Shown here: piece after piece, positions 7,738-15,246 of the stretch
How the letters are laid out: each line of letters starts with the position of its first letter
Position numbering within the stretch: position 1 is the stretch's first letter
Assembly: GCF_033793965.1 (NCBI RefSeq)
Contig: NZ_JARAXP010000008.1
Location: forward strand, 112,333-136,332
DNA: 24,000 nt
Reading direction: 5' to 3'
From: Streptomyces sp. ME02-8801-2C
GTDB lineage: Bacteria; Actinomycetota; Actinomycetes; Streptomycetales; Streptomycetaceae
Notes under the pieces: generated by a model
The model's database searches: none
Seen by the model: only the letters and a program-made list of their open reading frames with translations
What the model was told of the DNA's origin: nothing
Made by a program: the position numbers and the translations under genes

Positions 7738-9459
7738 ATGAGTGTGGACACCAGAACACCCCGCACACCCACGGGGGACCGCTCGTCGGGATACGACGAC
7801 GCTCCCGCGCTGAGCATGGTGAAGGTGCCGAGCGATCCGGCGCAGGTCATCGTCAACCATGCGAGTTTCCGCGTGCAGTTGGGGGCCTCGACGCGGCTGG
7901 CGGCACCGTCGTCCCGCGTCGCCCGGCACCTCGGCGCCTCCGAGGACACGGCGCGCATCCCCGTCTTTGGCGCCGGTGGCGCCACAGCCGGCCGACGCCG
8001 GGCGCCCGTCGTCTGGAGTGGCAAGTCGGCGCCCGACGACACCGGCGCACACCGCCTGCTCCAGGCCGCACGGGGCTCCAGCGTGCGCCACGGCGAACAG
8101 CCGCCGACCGCCGACGCCGGAGCGACCCAGGTCATCCCCCGAATCGACGGCGACCTCGACTACGCCGGCAGCACCCTCGACCAGTCCATCGAGAACCCGA
8201 TCGTCGGCAGCCAGCGCACCCACGGCTCCGACACCGGCCGCCTCCTCCCCAACATGCGCACCACCGGCAGCGCATACGAGGAGGCCGGATACGTCGACTC
8301 CGGATACGGCCAACATGGCGACGGAGACGACGAGTTCCGCTACGACGCCGACGAAGCCCACGACCGGGACGCCGACGGGCGAAGCAAACGCCACGCCAAC
8401 GACCCCGTACGGCACGCCTATTACCCCGGCCGCCGCATGAGCCTCGGCGTCGTCCTCCTCCCGCTGCGCATCTTCCTCGGCTTCATCTCCATCTACGCCG
8501 GCATGGGCAAACTCTGCGACCCCGTCTACTTCGACGGCGGCAAACGCGGCTCCATGATGAAGTGGCTCAACACCCTGCACCCCTGGGAAGCCGCCGAGCC
8601 ACTACGGCAGTTCGCCCTCCAGCACCCCGTCGGCTCCGGACTCGTCATCGCCTTCCTCCAGGTCGTCGTGGGAGTCCTCACGGTCCTCGGCCTGTGGCAG
8701 CGGGTCGCCGCGGTCGGCGGCGCCCTGCTCTCCGGCGCGCTGCTCGTCACCGTCAGCTGGAAGAGCGTCCCCGTCTACGACGCCCCCGACATCATCTACC
8801 TGGCCGCCTGGTCACCACTGATCATCGCCGGCGCCCCCGTCTACTCCATCGACGGCCGCCTCGCAGGCAGCGCCTGGCGCCGACTCGGTCCCCGAACCGA
8901 CATCTGGGAACTGCGCAGCTACGTCCTGCGCCGCGGGGCCCTCGTCACCGCCCTCGTCATCGGACTCACGCTCCTCATCGGCTCGCTCCTCGGCGGCGCC
9001 GTCCGCGACGCCGACCGTGTGGTCGTCCCCGGCCCCGGGGAGGCCCCGCGCAACGAACTCCCCGGCTCCCCGCTCCCGGAGAAGTCCGGCGAACGCCACG
9101 CCTCGAAGAGCCCCTCGGCGGCCACCAAGTCGCCGACCCAGAGCGCCACTTCGGCCGCCCCCACCAGCGGCGACGTCGCGACCACCCCGGAGGAGGCCCG
9201 CGAGAGCGGCAGCGTCACCGGAAGCCGGCCCACCCAGACCCAGGGCACCGTCGGCCAGGCCCCGCCGCAACAGACCACCCCGGCCCAGCAGGCGCCCAGC
9301 ACCAGCACCGGACCGTCCTCGTCGGGCGGCGGCAGCACGGGCACCCCCGGCGGCACCAACGGCGGCTCCACGGGCGGCAGCACCGGCAGCACCGGCGAAG
9401 GCAGCACCGGCGGCTCCTCCACGGGCCAGCCGGGACTGGTCGGCGGGCTCCTGGGCTAG
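7738..9459 (+). CDS. Integral membrane protein with a DoxX-like 4-TM core, flanked by long low-complexity N- and C-terminal regions
   Basis: 573 aa. High third-position GC runs through the whole ORF, including the roughly 235-aa hydrophilic N-terminus. Core is LGVVLLPLRIFLGFISIYAGMGKL...VIAFLQVVVGVLTVLGLWQRVAAVGGALLSGALLVTVSW...IYLAAWSPLIIAG. The C-terminal 120 aa or so is Ser/Thr/Gly/Pro/Gln-rich. Exact start is uncertain (7738, or ATG 7816). Confidence 0.68.
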   Translation: MSVDTRTPRTPTGDRSSGYDDAPALSMVKVPSDPAQVIVNHASFRVQLGASTRLAAPSSRVARHLGASEDTARIPVFGAGGATAGRRRAPVVWSGKSAPDDTGAHRLLQAARGSSVRHGEQPPTADAGATQVIPRIDGDLDYAGSTLDQSIENPIVGSQRTHGSDTGRLLPNMRTTGSAYEEAGYVDSGYGQHGDGDDEFRYDADEAHDRDADGRSKRHANDPVRHAYYPGRRMSLGVVLLPLRIFLGFISIYAGMGKLCDPVYFDGGKRGSMMKWLNTLHPWEAAEPLRQFALQHPVGSGLVIAFLQVVVGVLTVLGLWQRVAAVGGALLSGALLVTVSWKSVPVYDAPDIIYLAAWSPLIIAGAPVYSIDGRLAGSAWRRLGPRTDIWELRSYVLRRGALVTALVIGLTLLIGSLLGGAVRDADRVVVPGPGEAPRNELPGSPLPEKSGERHASKSPSAATKSPTQSATSAAPTSGDVATTPEEARESGSVTGSRPTQTQGTVGQAPPQQTTPAQQAPSTSTGPSSSGGGSTGTPGGTNGGSTGGSTGSTGEGSTGGSSTGQPGLVGGLLG

Positions 9460-9490
9460 TAACAACCCGCCTGGGTAAGGCGGTTACATG

Positions 9491-9527
9491 AATGGGGCCC
9501 CGCGCTGTGACAGCGCGGGGCCCCATT
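9491..9527. terminator. Bidirectional terminator hairpin
   Basis: Perfect 17-bp stem AATGGGGCCCCGCGCTG / CAGCGCGGGGCCCCATT with loop TGA, followed by TTTCA on the plus strand. Lies between convergent genes. It is preceded by a smaller hairpin at about 9463-9487. Confidence 0.75.
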
Positions 9528-9542
9528 TCACGTATGTACGAA

Positions 9543-9614
9543 GGTCGTTGGGAAGGCGATTGGGAAGGTGGTTGAGGAGGTGGTTGAGGAGGTGGTTGAG
9601 GGAGTCGTTGGCGA
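9543..9614. repeat. Six-unit degenerate 12-bp tandem repeat
   Basis: Units are GGTCGTTGGGAA, GGCGATTGGGAA, GGTGGTTGAGGA, GGTGGTTGAGGA, GGTGGTTGAGGG and AGTCGTTGGCGA, contiguous and head-to-tail. Located in the 3' region of the minus-strand nucleotidyltransferase gene (stop at 9624). Confidence 0.85.
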
Positions 9615-9623
9615 ACCGGCAGC

Positions 9624-10355
9624 TCAACGCCCCAGCGCCGCAAGCTCCTTCGCCGCCTCCGTGAGGTCCTTCGCGGTGTCGATGGCACGCCAGTACGCAC
9701 CGTGCGGGATCGGGAAACCCGCCAGGCGCAGTTCGCGGGCCAGATGGGGAAACGTCGTACGTTCGTGGTCGCCGCGCTCCGGGAGCAGGGCGGCGAACTC
9801 GGAGGAGAAGACGTACACGCCCGCGTTGATCTCGAACGTCGACGGAGGGGACTCTATGAAGTCCGTGATGTGACCGAAGCCGTCCGTCTGCACGGCGCCC
9901 CACGGCAGCCGCGGCCGGGCCAGCGCGAGAGTCGCCACGGCGTCCCGCTCCGCGTGGAAGTCGGCCATCTCGCGCAGCGAGAAACGGGTCCAGATGTCAC
10001 CGTTGGTGGCATACCAGGGCTGGTCCGGAGCGGGCAGATGCGCGGCGGCGTACTTGAGGCCACCGCCACGACCGAGGGGCTCCGTCTCGACGACCGTCGT
10101 GACGTTCAGCGGCAGATCAGCGGACTCGAGCCACTTCTGCAACACCTCGGCGAGATGCCCACAGCTGACGACGACGTCCGTCACGCCCTCCTCGGCGAGC
10201 CAGACGAGCTGATGGCCGATGATCGGCGTCCCCGTGCCGGGGATCTCGACCATCGGCTTGGGCCGGTCATCGGTGTACGGGCGGAGCCGGGAGCCTTGGC
10301 CGCCGGCGAGGACCACGGCCTGGGTGGGGCGCGTCGTGGCGTTCGGATCGCTCAT
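9624..10355 (-). CDS. Nucleotidyltransferase-family protein (sugar-1-phosphate nucleotidylyltransferase-like)
   Basis: 243 aa. N-terminal AVVLAGGQGSRLRPYTDDRPKPMVEI is the G-x-G-t-R-l signature of NTP_transferase enzymes. Also EPLGRGGGL and NAGVYVF motifs. Confidence 0.85.
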   Translation of the reverse strand: MSDPNATTRPTQAVVLAGGQGSRLRPYTDDRPKPMVEIPGTGTPIIGHQLVWLAEEGVTDVVVSCGHLAEVLQKWLESADLPLNVTTVVETEPLGRGGGLKYAAAHLPAPDQPWYATNGDIWTRFSLREMADFHAERDAVATLALARPRLPWGAVQTDGFGHITDFIESPPSTFEINAGVYVFSSEFAALLPERGDHERTTFPHLARELRLAGFPIPHGAYWRAIDTAKDLTEAAKELAALGR

Positions 10356-10462
10356 GAATCGAACTGTACGGGGCGCTCCGCGGGTTTGGCGGGGGAGGTT
10401 GGGGGGTGGGGCTGTGCGTGGGGATCTGCGGCTCGGTGGGGGCTGAGCGCGCAGTTCCCCGC

Positions 10463-10500
10463 GCCCCTGGAGGCTGCCCCTGCGGGGCGCCTCCAGGGGC
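10463..10500. terminator. Compound GC-rich hairpin just downstream of the 159-aa gene
   Basis: 12-bp stem GCCCCTGGAGGC (10463-10474) / GCCTCCAGGGGC (10489-10500) enclosing GCCCC-TGC-GGGGC. TTTT follows on the plus strand. It starts 9 nt beyond the stop at 10509-10511 of the minus-strand gene. Confidence 0.5.
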
Positions 10501-10508
10501 TTTTGCGG

Positions 10509-10988
10509 CTAGCTGTGGGCCGCTGCCACTCCTGTGGCGAAAGACGTGTCGCAGACCGGGCGGGCGTAGGACTGGGCGCGCGACGGGCCGTACATGTGGA
10601 CCGCCGCTCGGCCCAGGGCGCGGGCGATCGAGGTGCAGTGCCTCGCCAGGGCCGGCTTGCCGTTCACTGCCTGTTGGAGGTGGGTGAGGGCGGTCCCGGG
10701 GTCCTTGTCCTGGAGCTCCAGGAGGAGCTGGTCGCGCAGGACGTCCTGCGGTTCGGGGGCCGCTGCGGCTCGGGCGGCCAAGTCCTCGGAGGATGCCGTG
10801 AGCACCGAGTCCGAGGGGTTCCCCGACCAGTTGACCCGGGTGACCGCGAGGGTCCCGGACAGCACCAGGACGACGGGCAGGACAAGGGCGAGGCTACGGC
10901 CGATCCGGCGGGCGGGGCCACGGCCACTTCGCGTCAGTTGGTTAGTGGAGTGCTTCACGCGAGTGAGGGTAGCGCTCAGTGCTGACAT
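10509..10988 (-). CDS. Small membrane-anchored hypothetical protein
   Basis: 159 aa. Basic N-terminus, then a single hydrophobic span (SLALVLPVVLVLSGTLAV) and an extracytoplasmic domain with two Cys. Occupies the slot between the nucleotidyltransferase gene and msiK. No recognisable catalytic motif. Confidence 0.6.
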   Translation of the reverse strand: MSALSATLTRVKHSTNQLTRSGRGPARRIGRSLALVLPVVLVLSGTLAVTRVNWSGNPSDSVLTASSEDLAARAAAAPEPQDVLRDQLLLELQDKDPGTALTHLQQAVNGKPALARHCTSIARALGRAAVHMYGPSRAQSYARPVCDTSFATGVAAAHS

Positions 10989-11086
10989 GGCGACATTCAG
11001 TCACCCGATCGGGGGATGGATTGGTGCCGTTTTCTGGGTAGGGCGTTGACGCACGCGCCCGTGAAGGCACATGCGAAGGCGCATGC

Positions 11087-11118
11087 GAAGGGCCCCGCGG
11101 CAAGCCGCGGGGCCCTTC
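11087..11118 (-). terminator. msiK terminator hairpin
   Basis: Perfect 14-bp stem GAAGGGCCCCGCGG / CCGCGGGGCCCTTC with loop CAAG, 30 nt downstream of the msiK stop (11148-11150). Confidence 0.72.
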
Positions 11119-11125
11119 AGCGTTC

Positions 11126-11143
11126 AGATCGAGATCGAGATCG
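11126..11143. repeat. Three perfect AGATCG hexamers in tandem
   Basis: AGATCGAGATCGAGATCG lies between the msiK stop codon and its terminator. An adjacent 12-bp repeat GAAGGCACATGC/GAAGGCGCATGC (11063-11086) runs into the terminator stem. Confidence 0.85.
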
Positions 11144-11147
11144 CGTC

Positions 11148-12284
<1,137 letters not shown>

Positions 12285-12337
12285 GGGTACTAGGCCCCCT
12301 TCACCGGCAGGAACGTGCCGGACGATCCGTAGTGGAA

Positions 12338-12353
12338 GGTGGTGTAGTCCACG
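12338..12353. promoter_or_regulatory. dre-like (DasR-responsive-element-like) 16-mer upstream of msiK
   Basis: GGTGGTGTAGTCCACG (msiK-sense strand: CGTGGACTACACCACC) matches 11/16 positions of the palindromic dre consensus A(G/C)TGGTCTAGACCA(G/C)T as I recall it. Lies 54-69 nt upstream of the msiK ATG. Single site, judged by eye only. Confidence 0.4.
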
Positions 12354-12419
12354 TATGCGGACTGAACCAGGACGGTACCTGGGGTTTCGACTTCTGTCAG
12401 TAGGTGGAGGAGTGTGAAC

Positions 12420-14160
12420 TTCGCGGAAATTTTCGAGCCGGAAACATACGAGCAGGCAGAGCAGCGCACTTTTGACCTTGCCGTGAGGCTTCCTGCTTCA
12501 TCACCCACCGCCGACGCACCCAGTCCTCGTGAACTGCGCCCGAACGGTCTTACACGCGCTCCACAGGCATTCCGGCCGACGGCCCGTCGGTCCGTACCGC
12601 TCCGGCCGCTGCTAGGCGGCCAGCAGGCAACCCTCCAGGTCCGACGCCCTGATCACCGCCGGCACCTCCTTCGTAGGCGGCAGCCCCGCCGCCACCAGCC
12701 AATACAGCCGCAACCCCTCATCCCGAAGGTTCACAGCCGCATTCACATCCCGGTCATGAACGACCCCGCACTCGCCACACGTCCACTCACGCACCGAGAC
12801 ATCCAACTTCGGACCCTTGGTGTGACAGGCAGAACAACGCCGCGTCGACGGGAAGAACCGGTCGACGATCACCAACGTCCGCCCATACCACTCGCACTTG
12901 TACCGCAACTGCCGCAACAACTCGGCCCACCCGGCATCGATGATCGCCTCGTTCAGCTTCGCCTTCCGCCGACGACCCTTGCCACGCGCCGGACGCAACA
13001 GGTTCCCAATGGCCAGATCCTCCACCACGAGCACTTGGTTCTCGCGCACCAGGCGGGTCGTGAACTGGTCCAACATGTCCCTGCGAACGTCACCGATGAG
13101 CGCGTAAAGACGCGCGATCTTCCGCCGCACCTTGTCCCGGTTCGCCGAACCCCTCACCTTCCTGTGCAGCTCCCGCTGCAACCGCGCCAACCTCTCCGCG
13201 TACCGCCTCAACAGACGAGGATGATCAACCTTCGTCCCGTCGTCCAGAGTGACGAGCGACGCCAGCCCCAGATCCAGCCCCACCGCCTTCGGCGCCCGCG
13301 AACCCGACACAAAGGCAGCGGGGAGAGGACTGATCCGCTCCTCCATGAGCGTCGAGACGAAATAGCGCCCGGCCCGATCCCGCGTCACCGACAAACGCAC
13401 CGGAACGACCCCCACAGGCAGCGCCCGCGACCAACGAACATCCAGAGGCCCCGACTGCTTCGCCAACGTGATCGACCCCGTCCCCGGCCGCTCCGGATCC
13501 TCGACCCACCTGAACCCCGTCCGCACATACGTCGCCGAATCCCGCGACCGCCCCTTCCGCTTCCGCTGCGGATACTTCCCCGACCCCTTGAAGAACCGCC
13601 CAAACGCCTGATCGAGATGCCGCAACGACTGCTGAAGCACGACCGACGACACCTCCCCGAGCCACACCATCCCCTCCGCCCGCTTCCACCCCGTCAACGC
13701 CCGGCAGGACTCCGCGAACCCCACATTCACCCGATGCCGCTCCCAGGCACCGGACCGAAGCGCCAGCCCCTCGTTGTAGACCCACCGACAGGCACCGAAC
13801 GTCTTCGCCAGCTGCTCCGCCTGCTCGGCGGTCGGATAGAAGCGGAAGCGGTACAGACGGTGCTGCGTATCAGGTTCCTTGGCGTGTGCCTTCAGCGGCG
13901 TCGCCGCGCGCTGGTGGTGCTTGCGGCGGTCGCCGATACCGAGGTCTTCGCGCTTGATCCTCTCGGCTTCCTCGCCGGTCACCGCTTCCAGCCTCGGCTT
14001 GTCCACCGACTCCCCCGGCTTGCCCATGAGCCCCTCCCCGACGACTGATCTTCGGAGCAGCACGTCAGAGCGATCAACGAACGGATGCTCGGATGGTTAC
14101 GTTTGGTTTTCGAGACCGAGGTCAGACGCGAACTACGTGGCTCGGAGGATCGCGCTCTGT
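12420..14160 (-). mobile_element. IS200/IS605-superfamily tnpB-only element (IS1341-like); ends approximate
   Basis: Contains only tnpB. No Y1 (HUH) or serine-recombinase tnpA is present on either side. The boundaries are not determinable from a single copy; the coordinates only bracket the gene plus plausible LE/RE sequence. Confidence 0.45.
12612..14027 (-). CDS. tnpB: TnpB (IS605 OrfB-type RNA-guided endonuclease)
   Basis: N-terminal OrfB helix-turn-helix region YRFRFYPTAEQAEQLAKTFGACRWVYNEGL. RuvC-I GLDLGLASLVT, RuvC-II VLVVEDLAI, zinc ribbon CSAC...CGEC, RuvC-III HDRDVNAAVNL. Start placed at ATG 14027 (GGGGAGGGG Shine-Dalgarno 5 nt upstream); the tracked ORF opens at 14063. Confidence 0.9.
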   Translation of the reverse strand: MGKPGESVDKPRLEAVTGEEAERIKREDLGIGDRRKHHQRAATPLKAHAKEPDTQHRLYRFRFYPTAEQAEQLAKTFGACRWVYNEGLALRSGAWERHRVNVGFAESCRALTGWKRAEGMVWLGEVSSVVLQQSLRHLDQAFGRFFKGSGKYPQRKRKGRSRDSATYVRTGFRWVEDPERPGTGSITLAKQSGPLDVRWSRALPVGVVPVRLSVTRDRAGRYFVSTLMEERISPLPAAFVSGSRAPKAVGLDLGLASLVTLDDGTKVDHPRLLRRYAERLARLQRELHRKVRGSANRDKVRRKIARLYALIGDVRRDMLDQFTTRLVRENQVLVVEDLAIGNLLRPARGKGRRRKAKLNEAIIDAGWAELLRQLRYKCEWYGRTLVIVDRFFPSTRRCSACHTKGPKLDVSVREWTCGECGVVHDRDVNAAVNLRDEGLRLYWLVAAGLPPTKEVPAVIRASDLEGCLLAA

Positions 14161-14206
14161 GTACAGTGGAGCCGCCTTCGCGTACGGCGTTTTGGGTGCG
14201 CGCGGT

Positions 14207-14280
14207 GCCTCCTTAGCTCAGCTGGAACGAGCAGCTCACTTGTAATGAGCAGGTCATCGGTTCGAATCCGATAGGGGGCT
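14207..14280 (+). tRNA. tRNA-Thr (anticodon UGU)
   Basis: Hand-folded cloverleaf. Acceptor GCCTCCT/AGGGGGC (one G-U pair), D stem GCTC/GAGC, anticodon stem GCTCA/TGAGC with loop CTTGTAA, variable loop AGGTC, T stem ATCGG/CCGAT with loop TTCGAAT, discriminator T. 74 nt; CCA is not encoded. Confidence 0.93.
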
Positions 14281-14286
14281 CGACAG

Positions 14287-14324
14287 CCCAGGTCAGCTCC
14301 CCGCTGACCTGGGCTTCTTGTTTG
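14287..14324. terminator. Terminator hairpin shared by tRNA-Thr and the convergent kinase gene
   Basis: Perfect 11-bp stem CCCAGGTCAGC / GCTGACCTGGG with loop TCCCC, followed by CTTCTTGTTTG on the plus strand. The stop codon of the minus-strand kinase gene (14293-14295) lies inside the stem. Confidence 0.8.
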
Positions 14325-15213
14325 TGGGGTGGCGTAGGAGGCGGGCGATTTCCAGGTCCTGGTCGTCCAGGGGGTCGCCGTCCTTGATGGTCCACAGGGC
14401 GTTCTGGAGTACTCGGGCGAGGGTCCACGCGCGTGCGCGTTCGCGGTCGAGGGACAGGGTGGCTGTGAGGGCTTCGAAGCGCCAGGGGATGTCGTCGGTG
14501 TCGAAGCGGTTGTTCAGGGCCGGCCAGAGATCGAAGCCGGGGTCTCCTGCCAGGGGTTTCGGGTCGATGGCCAGCCAGGGGGCGCGGTGGGCGGCGAGGA
14601 CGTTCTCGTCGTGGAGGTCCCAGTGGAGGAGGCGGTCGCCGGGGTCGGGGGCCACTTCGCGCAGGGCTGAGGCGCAGTCCTGGAGGAGGGTGCGGGTCTC
14701 GGGGGCCGCCGGGAGGCGGCGTAGGGCCTGTGGTGTCTCGGCCAGCATGCGTGTCGCGATGTCGCCGAGGGTGCGGATGCCCGGTGGGGCCGGTACGGAC
14801 GTGAGGTGGGCGAGGAGGTCGGCGATGACCTGGGTGGCCTCGTGGGCGTCGGGGTGGTGGGACAGCATCCGGGTGTGGTCGAGGCGTTCCAGGAGCAGCG
14901 TGCCCGTGGTGGGGTCGTGGTCCAGGAGGCGTACTGCGTGGTCGCCGTTCCAGAGGCGGAGGGCGGTTGGTTCGCCTTCGCTCTCGGCATCGAGGAGCTG
15001 GAGTTTCAGGGCGGCCGGGGTGTTGTCCGCGCGGACGACGGGGAGGACGAGGGCTGTCACGCCGTGCATGGCCGGGCCGTCGACGCGTAGGTTCCAGTGG
15101 TCGAGGAAGTCGGCTGTGCGGGCGGGAAGTGTGGTGATGAAGGCGCGGCCCGCCTCCCCGTTGTACTTGAGCTGTGTGGCGGCAAGTTCGTCGGGGACGC
15201 GGATGCGGGTCAC
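14293..15213 (-). CDS. Aminoglycoside/hydroxyurea-resistance kinase family protein, APH(6)-like (streptomycin 6-kinase-like)
   Basis: 306 aa from GTG 15213 (VTRIRVPDELA...). Resembles APH(6) along its length as I recall it: PAALKLQ, LLLERL, SVPAPPG, catalytic-loop HWDLHDENVL, WLAIDPKPLAGDPGFDLWPAL and WTLARVLQNALW. The 195 codons upstream in the tracked 501-aa ORF are antisense to the next gene and were rejected. Confidence 0.85.
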   Translation of the reverse strand: MTRIRVPDELAATQLKYNGEAGRAFITTLPARTADFLDHWNLRVDGPAMHGVTALVLPVVRADNTPAALKLQLLDAESEGEPTALRLWNGDHAVRLLDHDPTTGTLLLERLDHTRMLSHHPDAHEATQVIADLLAHLTSVPAPPGIRTLGDIATRMLAETPQALRRLPAAPETRTLLQDCASALREVAPDPGDRLLHWDLHDENVLAAHRAPWLAIDPKPLAGDPGFDLWPALNNRFDTDDIPWRFEALTATLSLDRERARAWTLARVLQNALWTIKDGDPLDDQDLEIARLLRHPTNKKPRSAGS

Positions 15214-15246
15214 GTGGCGACTGTATGTGCGTGCGTAAATTGGGGC

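Noticed and set aside
9543-9614. Possible CRISPR array, suggested by the regular 12-bp periodicity.
   Set aside because: The units are contiguous with no spacers and far shorter than CRISPR repeats, and there are no cas genes in the window. It is a simple tandem repeat.
10391-10423. G-quadruplex-type G-runs GGGGG-N5-GGGGGG-N1-GGGG-N8-GGGG upstream of the nucleotidyltransferase gene. A similar run GGG-CT-GGG-CT-GGGGG-T-GGG lies at 17587-17605.
   Set aside because: These are single occurrences with no repeat context, and such runs are expected by composition in this genome. They are not reported as findings, unlike the duplicated motif at 20792/20901.
12290-12508. 72-aa minus-strand ORF ending 5 nt before the msiK ATG. 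Its last 30 codons or so have high third-position GC, which could indicate a gene remnant or leader peptide.
   Set aside because: It is too short for codon statistics to be meaningful, has no recognisable motif, and its first half has non-coding-like codon usage. The GC3-rich part also contains the dre-like box. I treat it as msiK promoter/5' region. A comparison with relatives would settle it.
12414-12535. Two GTTCAC-containing motifs (plus-strand GTGAACT at 12414-12420 and 12529-12535) as possible PhoP PHO boxes or IS end markers.
   Set aside because: PHO boxes need at least two adjacent 11-nt direct repeat units, and these are about 110 nt apart. A 7-mer repeated once is not significant.
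12612-14027. Idea that TnpB1 is a domesticated, nuclease-dead TldR-like repressor of msiK.
   Set aside because: The D-E-D RuvC triad, the zinc ribbon and the full-length C-terminus are all intact, unlike described nuclease-dead TnpB derivatives. Nothing in the sequence argues for domestication.
14066-14159. Imperfect inverted repeat CAGAGCGATC / GATCGCGCTCTG between tnpB1 and tRNA-Thr, considered as the left-end structure of the element. A TTGAT pentamer lies nearby on the minus strand.
   Set aside because: The pairing is interrupted by a 2-nt bulge. It does not resemble the hairpin near the tnpB1 3' end, and it could equally belong to the tRNA promoter region. The call cannot be made from one copy.
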